Source of the DNA: Clostridia bacterium
GTDB lineage: Bacteria; Bacillota; Clostridia; Christensenellales; CAG-1252
Assembly (NCBI GenBank): GCA_017615495.1
Contig: JAGAAA010000058.1
Coordinates: 1 to 33,555, forward strand
Direction of reading: 5' to 3'
DNA length: 33,555 nucleotides
Under the pieces are notes generated by a model, which searched no databases, had not been told where the DNA came from, and saw only the letters and a program-made list of their open reading frames with translations. Shown here one piece after another: positions 1-7,485 of this stretch. The first letter of the stretch is position 1; every line of letters starts with the position of its first letter. Position numbers and translations under genes: made by a program.

Positions 1-330
1 CGTGACGGCGCGATCGGGACGTTTGCCGAACTCTCCGCCCTCGCTATATACGTCGGAAGTGCGACGGATCTTGGCGACGGTGTAATTGTTGACCATGCTG
101 TCCACCCCCCCGCCCGAAACGAGAAAAGCAACGTTTGGCGCGCCAAACCTCTTATAATCGGCGTCCGACTGCGGTTGCGCGATGATCCCCACGGAAAAAC
201 CTTCCGCCTCGATCAAACGGGAAACGATCGCATGACCGAAAGAGGGATGGTCAACGTAGGCATCCGCCGTAACGATGATAAAGTCAAGACTGCCGTCGAC
301 TTCTTCGGGTGAAATGGGTAAAAAAGGCAT
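1..330 (-). CDS. YgiQ-family (UPF0313) radical SAM protein, 5' portion only; the gene runs off the left window edge
   Basis: The reverse-strand ATG at 328-330 opens a frame that stays open to position 1. It translates as [53 protein letters not shown]...GKRPDRAV. This closely parallels the N-terminal domain of E. coli YgiQ (..[32 protein letters not shown]). The ORF track misses it because it is truncated. Confidence 0.85.
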   Translation of the reverse strand, partial: MPFLPISPEEVDGSLDFIIVTADAYVDHPSFGHAIVSRLIEAEGFSVGIIAQPQSDADYKRFGAPNVAFLVSGGGVDSMVNNYTVAKIRRTSDVYSEGGEFGKRPDRAVT

Positions 331-388
331 AGTTTCTCCTGTTATCATTATAGCGGCAAGCGCGCTTTTTCGCAAGAAAAACCTTTTG

Positions 389-417
389 ATAAAAAACGCC
401 CGACTTATGGTCGGGCT
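389..417 (-). terminator. Rho-independent terminator downstream of the 418-762 CDS
   Basis: The stem GCCCGAC (398-404) / GTCGGGC (410-416) has a 5-nt loop. On the minus strand it is followed by a T6 run (plus-strand A-run 391-396). It sits immediately after the stop at 418-420. Confidence 0.6.
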
Positions 418-762
418 TTACGCAACGTAACAGTACGATCTTATTTTTGGCAAGCGCGAAGCCAAGTTCCGTCTTTCGTAGTCGCTTGCGCCGCGTTTTT
501 TCATCCTTGAAAGGATCAAATAGGTGAGCATATCGTCGGTCAAAAACACGTCTTTTCCGAGGGTTTTTCCGACGCTTTCCGCCGCTTGACGCAAGGTTTG
601 AGCCTTTTGCTCGTACCCGAAGCAAGGGTCGGGGATCACCGCAACGAGCACCTGATCCTCAACGATGACGGCGTAGCCGTCCTTGACGCCCGCTGTGGCG
701 GGAAGGGTTATGGGACAAAGCGCGGAGATCATCACCGCCGATAGAAGCGAAAGCACGTTCAT
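418..762 (-). CDS. Small secreted or membrane-anchored protein, possibly YhcN/YlaJ-like (sporulation lipoprotein family); product uncertain
   Basis: 114-aa ORF with a hydrophobic N-terminus (MNVLSLLSAVMISALC). The pattern GYAVIVEDQVLVAVIP...KDVFLTDD resembles YhcN/YlaJ-type proteins. The lipobox is non-canonical and no clear SD is present. Confidence 0.45.
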   Translation of the reverse strand: MNVLSLLSAVMISALCPITLPATAGVKDGYAVIVEDQVLVAVIPDPCFGYEQKAQTLRQAAESVGKTLGKDVFLTDDMLTYLILSRMKKRGASDYERRNLASRLPKIRSYCYVA

Positions 763-790
763 ACCGGCAGTATGCGCAGATCAAAAACTT

Positions 791-1147
791 TTATTCCTCG
801 TCGTAACGGGTGACGTTTTTGCCGTCGGCGTCCGACCACAGTTTTTCAAACTGGTAAAGGTCGCGCATGGTGGTATGGAAAATGTGGACGATAACTTTGC
901 CGTAGTCCATCACGATCCATTTGCCCTCACGCAAGCCGTCCACACCCGCGGTGTAAACGTCCTCCGCCTCCAGCTGGGCGCAAAGCTCTTCATACGCCGC
1001 TTTTGCCGCGGGCGAATTCTTCGCGGAGCAAACCACGTAAGCTTCGGTGACGTCGGTCTTTTCCGCAACGTCGATGGACAAAACGTTTTTGCACTTTTTG
1101 TCCAAGAGGATGGTGGTTATCTTTTTGATCAAGAGTTCTTTTTCCAT
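791..1147 (-). CDS. rsfS: Ribosome silencing factor RsfS (Iojap/YqeL family)
   Basis: Translation from the internal ATG at 1145-1147 (MEKELLIKKITTILLDKKCKNVLSIDV...VVCSA...WIVMDYGKVIVHIFH...YQFEKLW) is typical RsfS. The upstream part of ORF 791-1246 overlaps nadD and is discarded. The gene lies at the end of the yhbY-nadD-yqeK-rsfS cluster. Confidence 0.9.
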   Translation of the reverse strand: MEKELLIKKITTILLDKKCKNVLSIDVAEKTDVTEAYVVCSAKNSPAAKAAYEELCAQLEAEDVYTAGVDGLREGKWIVMDYGKVIVHIFHTTMRDLYQFEKLWSDADGKNVTRYDEE

Positions 1148-1149
1148 AT

Positions 1150-2259
1150 TTACTCCTTTTTGCAATATTGCTCGAAGCAATCCAAAGTCAAATAATAGAT
1201 GGGAATGCCGCGCTGGATCAAAGAATCGTAGCAAACCTTGAAACAACGCACAAAGCCGTCGTCCAAATCACGGTACGCCGCGGCGCGAAGCTCCTCCACG
1301 CCCTCAAAATCCCGCGTGAGTTCCTCCACCATATCGGCGGTGTAAACGAGCTTATCCAAAGCAGTCATCCCAGCCCTGCCCGTGGTGTGGTAGCGGATGG
1401 CGTCCAATATCTCGGGGTCGGTGATGCCAAAGCCCAACTTTGCTTCTTCCGCCCCGTTAAAAGCGTGCAAGACCTTTGTGCCGACAACGTCCTCGGGCAC
1501 ACCGGGGTTCACGCGATCCACCTGCTTCATGCAATCGTGGAGCAAGCAGCCGAGAAACACCTTTTCAAAAGGCAAGCCGACGCGCTCGTTGATCTTCAAG
1601 CCGGCAAGCACCACGCCGCAGGTGTGACGCCAACGTTTTTCGCGGAGCATCGACTTGACCTTTTGAACGTAGCGCTCGTACGAGCGATACAGCCCGTTTG
1701 CCGAAATGATCTTTAAGACCTCTTCCGTAACGTCGTCAAGCGGCATACCAAGCGCGCATTTGGCTCGGATCGCCGTGGAAGAAACGTCCTCCCCCCTGAC
1801 CGTTTGCGAAATCAAGATCTTGCCGCCCCAACGGCGCATATACCCTTCCGCCGCGGCGGAAAGTTCCTTTAAGTCATCTTCCCCGCGAGGGATCACGAGG
1901 ATGGGGCAAATTTTGACGATCTCTTCGGGGCAACGCCACTTGTCAAAGGCAAGCAGGCTGTCCCCGCCGATGATGAAGGCGATCTCCCCGTACTTCTCGC
2001 GCAGCAAGGGCAAAACCTTGTACGAATATGCGCGTCCGGGGAACTCGTTTTCCGTTTGGTCGATAGGAAAAGCGCCGCCAAGCGCCGCTTGCAACATTTT
2101 CAAACGCAAAGAAAAGGGAGTTTGCAAGGTTTTGTGAGGAGAATTGCCGGACGGTAAAAATACCACTTCGTCGAGTGAAAACTCTTTTTTGATCTCCGAT
2201 GCGATTCTAACGTGTTCCTTGTGCGGAGGGTCGAACGCTCCGCCAAAAATGCCTATCAT
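1150..2259 (-). CDS. nadD: Fusion protein: nicotinate-nucleotide adenylyltransferase NadD (N-terminal, about 1690-2259) plus YqeK HD-domain hydrolase (C-terminal, about 1150-1680)
   Basis: The protein starts MIGIFGGAFDPPHKEHV (NadD HxGH-type motif), with SSTAIR near the end of the NadD part. It continues without a stop into RWRHTCGV...LLHDCMK...RYHTTGR...YTADMVE (YqeK HD motifs). I chose the start at ATG 2257-2259; the ORF-track start at 2328 is a TTG extension. Confidence 0.9.
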   Translation of the reverse strand: MIGIFGGAFDPPHKEHVRIASEIKKEFSLDEVVFLPSGNSPHKTLQTPFSLRLKMLQAALGGAFPIDQTENEFPGRAYSYKVLPLLREKYGEIAFIIGGDSLLAFDKWRCPEEIVKICPILVIPRGEDDLKELSAAAEGYMRRWGGKILISQTVRGEDVSSTAIRAKCALGMPLDDVTEEVLKIISANGLYRSYERYVQKVKSMLREKRWRHTCGVVLAGLKINERVGLPFEKVFLGCLLHDCMKQVDRVNPGVPEDVVGTKVLHAFNGAEEAKLGFGITDPEILDAIRYHTTGRAGMTALDKLVYTADMVEELTRDFEGVEELRAAAYRDLDDGFVRCFKVCYDSLIQRGIPIYYLTLDCFEQYCKKE

Positions 2260-2265
2260 AGGTAT

Positions 2266-2294
2266 AGTATAATACTTTTCAAGCGGAAATTCAA
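2266..2294 (-). promoter_or_regulatory. Candidate sigma-A promoter for nadD, giving a leaderless mRNA
   Basis: The minus strand reads TTGAAT (2289-2294) - 17 nt - TATACT (2266-2271) - ATACCT - ATG (2257-2259). The A of the ATG is the 7th nt after the -10 box. No SD precedes the ATG. Confidence 0.35.
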
Positions 2295-2338
2295 TTACAA
2301 AGCGGACTAAAAACGCGCGTGTAGGCAAAAATCACGGT

Positions 2339-3109
2339 ATGGGAAAAACTTTTGACAAGGCGGGAACCTCCCTTTTGTTCCTGCTGCTTTGTTTTTTGTT
2401 CTTTTTTCACGTGACGAAATCACCGTTTGTCAGCACGGTCGCCGCCTTTCTTCTGCTTGCCACCCTGCTCTTGTTTTTGCGGCTGATACGCCCCCGTTCC
2501 CCCAAAGATCTTTTGTCAAAACGCAACTTTATCCGCTACGTTTTGCTAAACGGCAACGGCGTGCTCAAAGCCACTGTGGAAAACTCTCTTTCGGACAAAG
2601 CAGAAGCGGATAGCGTCGGCGAGCACACACTCCTTTCTTACGGTGACAAAAAGATACTCGTATACTACGCGTACAAGTTCGGCAGTCTTTCGGAAGAGGA
2701 CGTCGCCAAGAGTTTTCGCATAGCGAAAAAATGCGGCGCGGAGAAAATTTACGCCTTGACCAACCATTTGGACCGGAAGGCGATGGCGGTGGCGGAATAT
2801 ATCCCGCAAAGTTTCAGCGTGATCAACGCGACGACGCTATATAAGTTTTTGCTCAAAAAGGGGCTTATTCCAAAAAAAGAAGCCTTGCGGAGAAAAAGCG
2901 GCAAGGCGTTTGACTTTTTAAAAACCGTTTTGAAATCGGAAAACGCAAAATATTACGTTTGGGCGGGGCTCACCACTGCCCTGCTTGCGCTGTTTACGCC
3001 CATCACTACGTATTACGTGGCGTTTGCCTTCCTCAACCTCGCTCTTGCCGTCGCCACCATCTTTTTGAGTGAGCGCGGCGACGGAGAAAACGGGCTGTTC
3101 AGAGAGTGA
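2339..3109 (+). CDS. Hypothetical 4-TM membrane protein with a central soluble domain, possibly a degenerate Mrr/PD-(D/E)xK-like fold
   Basis: 256-aa ORF. Two N-terminal hydrophobic segments are LLFLLLCFLFFFHV and VAAFLLLATLLLFLRLI. Two C-terminal ones are YYVWAGLTTALLALFTPI and YYVAFAFLNLALAVATIFL. The central stretch GDKKILVYYAYKFGSLSEEDVAKSFRIAKKCGAEKIYALTNHLDRKA matches the Mrr_cat spacing pattern only loosely. Confidence 0.65.
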   Translation: MGKTFDKAGTSLLFLLLCFLFFFHVTKSPFVSTVAAFLLLATLLLFLRLIRPRSPKDLLSKRNFIRYVLLNGNGVLKATVENSLSDKAEADSVGEHTLLSYGDKKILVYYAYKFGSLSEEDVAKSFRIAKKCGAEKIYALTNHLDRKAMAVAEYIPQSFSVINATTLYKFLLKKGLIPKKEALRRKSGKAFDFLKTVLKSENAKYYVWAGLTTALLALFTPITTYYVAFAFLNLALAVATIFLSERGDGENGLFRE

Positions 3110-3403
3110 TCAGTCCAATTTGATATGCTCGACGCCATCTTTTTGAGAACGGCGATAGAGGACGATCTTGTTACCGATCGCCTGCACGGGCTCCGCGCCA
3201 AGCGCTTCGGCAACTTCAGCGATCACGCCCTTCGCGGTGACGTCAGCGGTCTTCAAAACGCCTATCTTCACGAGTTCGTGATCCTCAAGAGAGGTGCTTA
3301 TCTGTTCCACGACGCTTTCGGTCAAACCGTTCTTTCCGATTTGCACCGTCGCGGAAATATTCATTGCGAGAGAGATCAATTTGCTTCTTTGTTTACTGGT
3401 CAT
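3110..3403 (-). CDS. yhbY: YhbY/CRM-domain ribosome-assembly RNA-binding protein
   Basis: 97-aa protein KQRSKLISLAMNISATVQIGKNGLTESVVEQI...HELVKIGVL...IGNKIVLYR is typical YhbY. It is located directly downstream of obg. Confidence 0.9.
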   Translation of the reverse strand: MTSKQRSKLISLAMNISATVQIGKNGLTESVVEQISTSLEDHELVKIGVLKTADVTAKGVIAEVAEALGAEPVQAIGNKIVLYRRSQKDGVEHIKLD

Positions 3404-3412
3404 ATTTTGCTC

Positions 3413-4672
3413 CTAATTCCATAATTCAAACTCAACGTCGCCGACGATGATGGTATCGCCGTCCTTGGCGCCAAGTTCCTTCAATTTGTTGATAACGCCC
3501 TTTTCCTTCAAAACGTTTTGGAAATAGCGGTTGCTTTCGTGATCGCTCAAAACCACTTTACGGATCAACAGTTCCACCAAGCCGCCCGTCACTTCGTAGG
3601 TGCCGTCTTCCAACTTTTCCACCTCAAATTGATCGGGATCGCTCTTTGCGTACTCAAAGGGCTCGAAAGCAAGCGGCTCTGCCGGCGGCAGTTCGTTCAA
3701 GACCGAGAAGATGTTTTTGACGAGTTCGTCGATGTTTTCATACGCCGCGGCGGAAATGGGGATGACTTTCACCCCGGTTTTTTCCTCAAAGCGCTCGACA
3801 GCGTTTTCTTCCGTTACGAGGTCGGTTTTGTTTGCGACGACGATCTCGGGCAAAAGCGAAAGGCGCTCGTTGTACTGCTTGAGTTCCTCACGGATGGCGC
3901 GATAATCGTCCACCGGATCCCTGCCCTCGATGCCGGAGATATCCACCACGTGCACGATCAGGCGCACGCGCTCCACATGACGGAGGAAGGTGTGACCGAG
4001 GCCCAAGCCGTTTGCCGCGCCTTCGATCAAGCCGGGGATATCGGCGATCACGTAACTTTTGTCAAACGCTTTGATCACGCCTAGGTTTGGCGAAAGAGTT
4101 GTGAAATGATAATTTGCAATCTTGGGTTTGGCGTTGGTCAAAACCGAAAGCAAGGTGGACTTGCCCACGTTAGGGAAGCCTACTAAGCCCACGTCCGCGA
4201 TGGTTTTGAGCTCCAAAGTAAGCGTTCTTTCAATGGTGACCTCGCCAAGTTCGGCAAAACTCGGCGTCCTGCGCGTGGGGGTTGCGAAACGGGCGTTTCC
4301 TCTGCCGCCTTTGCCGCCGCGCAAGATGACTTTTCTTTCGCCGTCGACAAACATATCGGCGATGATGCCGCCGCTTTCCTTATCGCGGATGATGGTGCCC
4401 GTGGGCACTTTGACCACGAGGTCTTGTCCGTTTTTGCCAAAGCAATTCCCGCCCTCTCCGGGCGCGCCGTTTTCCGCGCGGAAATGCTTTTTGAACTTGA
4501 AGTCGATCAGGCTTGTCAGCGAAGAATCCGCAACGAAAATTACGCTGCCGCCCTTGCCGCCGTCACCGCCGTCGGGGCCGCCGCACATCACGTACTTTTC
4601 GCGGTGGAAGCTTACTTTGCCATCGCCGCCGTTGCCCGCCTTAGCATAAATGTTTACAATATCCAAAAACAT
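3413..4672 (-). CDS. obg: GTPase Obg/CgtA
   Basis: MFLDIVNIYAKAGNGGDGKVSFHREKYV is the Obg fold with its glycine-rich repeats. The G1 motif is GFPNVGKSTLL and G3 is DIPGLIEGA. The C-terminal OCT domain ends ...DGDTIIVGDVEFELW. Confidence 0.97.
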   Translation of the reverse strand: MFLDIVNIYAKAGNGGDGKVSFHREKYVMCGGPDGGDGGKGGSVIFVADSSLTSLIDFKFKKHFRAENGAPGEGGNCFGKNGQDLVVKVPTGTIIRDKESGGIIADMFVDGERKVILRGGKGGRGNARFATPTRRTPSFAELGEVTIERTLTLELKTIADVGLVGFPNVGKSTLLSVLTNAKPKIANYHFTTLSPNLGVIKAFDKSYVIADIPGLIEGAANGLGLGHTFLRHVERVRLIVHVVDISGIEGRDPVDDYRAIREELKQYNERLSLLPEIVVANKTDLVTEENAVERFEEKTGVKVIPISAAAYENIDELVKNIFSVLNELPPAEPLAFEPFEYAKSDPDQFEVEKLEDGTYEVTGGLVELLIRKVVLSDHESNRYFQNVLKEKGVINKLKELGAKDGDTIIVGDVEFELWN

Positions 4673-4676
4673 AGTT

Positions 4677-5321
4677 TTATTTTGAGCGTTTGCTCTCTCC
4701 GTTATGATTCTTATAGTATAAGCATGCCCCCGTCAAAAGGCATTCGTAGCACTTTGGCGACTGCGCTTTGCAAAGGTACCTGCCGTGATGGATCAACAAA
4801 TGATGCAAGTCCGACCAATCCTTCTCCAGGAAGCGCGCCGACAAGTCCTTCTCCACCCCGTAAGGCTCCTTTGCGTCAGAAAGTCCCAAGCGATGGCTCA
4901 AGCGAAAAACGTGCGTATCGACCGCGATGGCGTTACCGCCAAAGGCGACGGCGTAAACTACGTTTGCCGTCTTTCTGCCCACGCCGGGCAACCGTTCCAA
5001 CAGCGCGCGATCCGCCGGCACGACGCCGCCGTACTCACGAAGAAGCATTTCAGTCGCCGCAAGGATGTTTTTCGCTTTGTTGTGGTAGAAACCGCAGCTT
5101 TTGATCTCTTGTTCCAATTCCTCTTGCGAAAGCGAAAGGATCGTTTCGGGAGTGCCCCACTTTGCAAAAAGGTCTTTGGTGATCATATTCACGCGTTTGT
5201 CGGTGCATTGCGCGGACAAAATGACCGCCACCAAAAGTTGATACGGGGTTTGGAAATTAAGCTCGCATTCCGCCTGCGGATGCATTTTCTTTAAAAGATC
5301 CAACATTTCGCGTTCTTTCAC
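4677..5321 (-). CDS. nth: Endonuclease III (DNA-(apurinic/apyrimidinic site) lyase)
   Basis: LLVAVILSAQCTDKRVN; HhH-GPD element LPGVGRKTANVV; C-terminal 4Fe-4S cysteines CKAQSPKCYECLLTGAC. The start is ambiguous between GTG at 5319-5321 and ATG at 5304-5306. Confidence 0.92.
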   Translation of the reverse strand: MKEREMLDLLKKMHPQAECELNFQTPYQLLVAVILSAQCTDKRVNMITKDLFAKWGTPETILSLSQEELEQEIKSCGFYHNKAKNILAATEMLLREYGGVVPADRALLERLPGVGRKTANVVYAVAFGGNAIAVDTHVFRLSHRLGLSDAKEPYGVEKDLSARFLEKDWSDLHHLLIHHGRYLCKAQSPKCYECLLTGACLYYKNHNGESKRSK

Positions 5322-5401
5322 ATAACAAATATATCATAATTACGATATCTTTCTCAATGATTTCGCGCAAAAAACTCTTCGGAATGCGAGATAACCCCCT
5401 T

Positions 5402-5620
5402 TTATTGTTTAAAAAACCCAAGAAAAGTGCCGTACTCCCCGTAGGAAAGCACCCGCTCGGCAATGCGGATGGCGCCGCTACGAAATTTGACGGACAACCC
5501 GCAACTCGAACCGACGACGGAGGGTGTGGAAACTGCTTTGACAGGGACGCCGGCGCGAGTCATCGCCTCGGCATAGGAAAGCGCGTCCCTTCTTGACTTA
5601 AACGCCGCAATCGTAAACAT
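5402..5620 (-). CDS. DUF3343-family small protein (putative Se/S carrier-like)
   Basis: 72-aa product MFTIAAFKSRRDALSYAEAMTRAGVPVKAVSTPSVVGSSCGLSVKF fits the DUF3343 pattern (..A...e..l...G.pv.l..tP....CGl...f). ATG 5618-5620 is preceded by GGAGAAAG. The longer ORF-track start at 5713 is discarded. Confidence 0.7.
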   Translation of the reverse strand: MFTIAAFKSRRDALSYAEAMTRAGVPVKAVSTPSVVGSSCGLSVKFRSGAIRIAERVLSYGEYGTFLGFFKQ

Positions 5621-5696
5621 ATTCTTTCTCCTTTGTAAGAACGCTACTTCTCCGCGCTCAATATAATATATTAAACGCGCAAAAGGAGATGTGAAC

Positions 5697-6821
5697 ATGA
5701 TCAATTTTGACAACGCCGCAACCTCCCGCTACAAGCCGTCCGTCGTAAAAAAGGCGGTCCTTGACGCTTTGCGTCACAGCGCCAATCCCGGACGAGGCAG
5801 TCACGACGAAGCCATCCGCGCCGCAATGACCGTGGGACGGACGAGGGACGCCGTTTTGCGCTTCGCGGACGCAAAACACGCCAACGTGGTTTTCACAAAA
5901 AACTGCACCGAAGCACTCAATCTTGCCATCCTCGGAACGGTGCGCCCGGGCGACCACGTTGTGACCACGGTTTTGGAGCACAATTCCGTCCTTCGCCCGC
6001 TGCATATGTTACAAAAAGAAGGGCTGATCACCCTTACTATTGCGGACGGAACAGACGGGATCGTCACCGCCGACGATATCGAAGGCGCCGTCACCGAAAA
6101 AACGAGCCTCGTCGCCGTCACGGCAATGAGTAACGTGATCGGCTACGCCCCGCCCCTTCGAGAAATAGGCGAAATATGCGCCAAAAAAGGCGTAAAACTT
6201 CTGGTGGACGGCGCGCAAGCGTTGGGGCACATCCCCTTCTCCTTTGACAAAATCGGGGCGGATATGCTGTGCGGCGCGGCGCACAAAGGGCTTCACGGCG
6301 TGATGGGATGCGGCTTTTTGGTGTTTTCCAAAAGGATCTTCGTCAATCCATTGATGTACGGCGGGACGGGGACGGAAAGCGACTTTCTTTACCAGCCCAA
6401 GGACCCGCCCGAAAGTTTGGAAGCGGGAACGCTGAACCTCCCCGGCATTGCGGCGCTCGGCGCGGGGATCGAATGGACGAAAAAGCACTTTGGCAAAATA
6501 GAAAAACGCATTGCGGAACTCTCCTTTTACCTGCACGAAAAACTTTCCGAAACAAGTTACCGAGTGTACTCCGTTGCGGGGAGCCCCATCCTTTCTTTTT
6601 CCCTTGAAGCGGCGGACAGTCAAACGGTGGGAGACGTATTGAACCAAGAATTCAGCATTGCCGTCCGTTCCGGCTTGCATTGCGCCCCTCTGCTTCATAA
6701 AACGCTAAAAACGAACCGCGAAGGCTTGGTGCGCGCAAGCTTCGGCTATGAGAACGATCTAAACGACGCAAAGAAATTTCTCTTTGCCTTAAAGGAGATA
6801 GAAAAGCGTTTGACAAAGTAA
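5697..6821 (+). CDS. Class V aminotransferase-fold PLP enzyme, cysteine desulfurase family
   Basis: INFDNAATS...FTKNCTEALNL...GDHVVTTVLEHNSV...AHKGLHG (PLP lysine)...RSGLHCAP. ATG at 5697 lies 8 nt after AAAGGAG; the GTG at 5691 is too close to the SD. Confidence 0.85.
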   Translation: MINFDNAATSRYKPSVVKKAVLDALRHSANPGRGSHDEAIRAAMTVGRTRDAVLRFADAKHANVVFTKNCTEALNLAILGTVRPGDHVVTTVLEHNSVLRPLHMLQKEGLITLTIADGTDGIVTADDIEGAVTEKTSLVAVTAMSNVIGYAPPLREIGEICAKKGVKLLVDGAQALGHIPFSFDKIGADMLCGAAHKGLHGVMGCGFLVFSKRIFVNPLMYGGTGTESDFLYQPKDPPESLEAGTLNLPGIAALGAGIEWTKKHFGKIEKRIAELSFYLHEKLSETSYRVYSVAGSPILSFSLEAADSQTVGDVLNQEFSIAVRSGLHCAPLLHKTLKTNREGLVRASFGYENDLNDAKKFLFALKEIEKRLTK

Positions 6822-6900
6822 GACAAAAAGCCCGATCTTTGCGTTTTCTTCCCTCTTCTTTTCCCCTTCAAGCGTCGTAAACTGAACGCGAGGTAAATGT

Positions 6901-7485
6901 ATGGGAAAATTTAAAACGGCAATCAGGGGCTACGACAAAAAAGAAGTGGACGCCTACCTTCACAAAACGACGGAATACAACGAAAGCAAGTTGCGCGAAC
7001 TCGAAGACCACATCAATCGGCTCAAAGAGGAAAACGACTATCTTTACGCCAAAAACGGCGAATATCACCGCAACGAAGAACGAGTCTCCGGCGCCATTCT
7101 CAAGGCGATGCAGGTCAAAAACGAACTGGAAAGCGAACTCAAAAAGAAGATCCAACTGGAAGAAGACCGCCTTATGATCTTCAAATCCAAATGGATCGCC
7201 TATTTTAAGGGATTGCACAACCCAAACGCCGACCGCGTTTTGGAAGACGTCAACGACTACGTCGAAACCTTTCGACGGGACTTTGTAAAAAAGGCAAACA
7301 GAGAGCTTGATCTGCCAGAAGGAGAACTCTCGCAAGCGGAGCGAAGTTACCTTGCGGAACAGGCGCGTGTAAACGAGGTTAAAACCGACTTTTCGGGTGA
7401 AAAAATGAGTGCCGCTTCCCTCCTGCGCAACGCGCAATCAAAAAGCGGCAAAAATGACGGAAAAATCGAGTTTTTTGACGATTGA
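6901..7485 (+). CDS. DivIVA-domain protein (coiled-coil cell-division/morphogenesis family)
   Basis: The N-terminus FKTAIRGYDKKEVDAYL is the DivIVA signature, followed by heptad-rich coiled coil. A GAGG SD lies 7 nt upstream of the ATG. Confidence 0.75.
   Translation: MGKFKTAIRGYDKKEVDAYLHKTTEYNESKLRELEDHINRLKEENDYLYAKNGEYHRNEERVSGAILKAMQVKNELESELKKKIQLEEDRLMIFKSKWIAYFKGLHNPNADRVLEDVNDYVETFRRDFVKKANRELDLPEGELSQAERSYLAEQARVNEVKTDFSGEKMSAASLLRNAQSKSGKNDGKIEFFDD

Noticed and set aside
1148-1246. N-terminal extensions offered by the ORF track for rsfS (to 1246), nadD (to 2328, TTG), recA (to 15314), the DUF3343 gene (to 5713) and the desulfurase (GTG 5691).
   Set aside because: The extensions overlap upstream genes or lack an SD. 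In each case an internal ATG that matches the family N-terminus is present. For recA, the DUF3343 gene and the desulfurase that ATG also has a properly spaced SD; for nadD it is the leaderless-promoter ATG at 2257-2259.
5322-5401. Possible terminator after the DUF3343 gene (T6 run at about 5369-5374 on the minus strand).
   Set aside because: The preceding sequence forms at most a 3-bp stem (CTC...GAG), which is not a credible intrinsic terminator.
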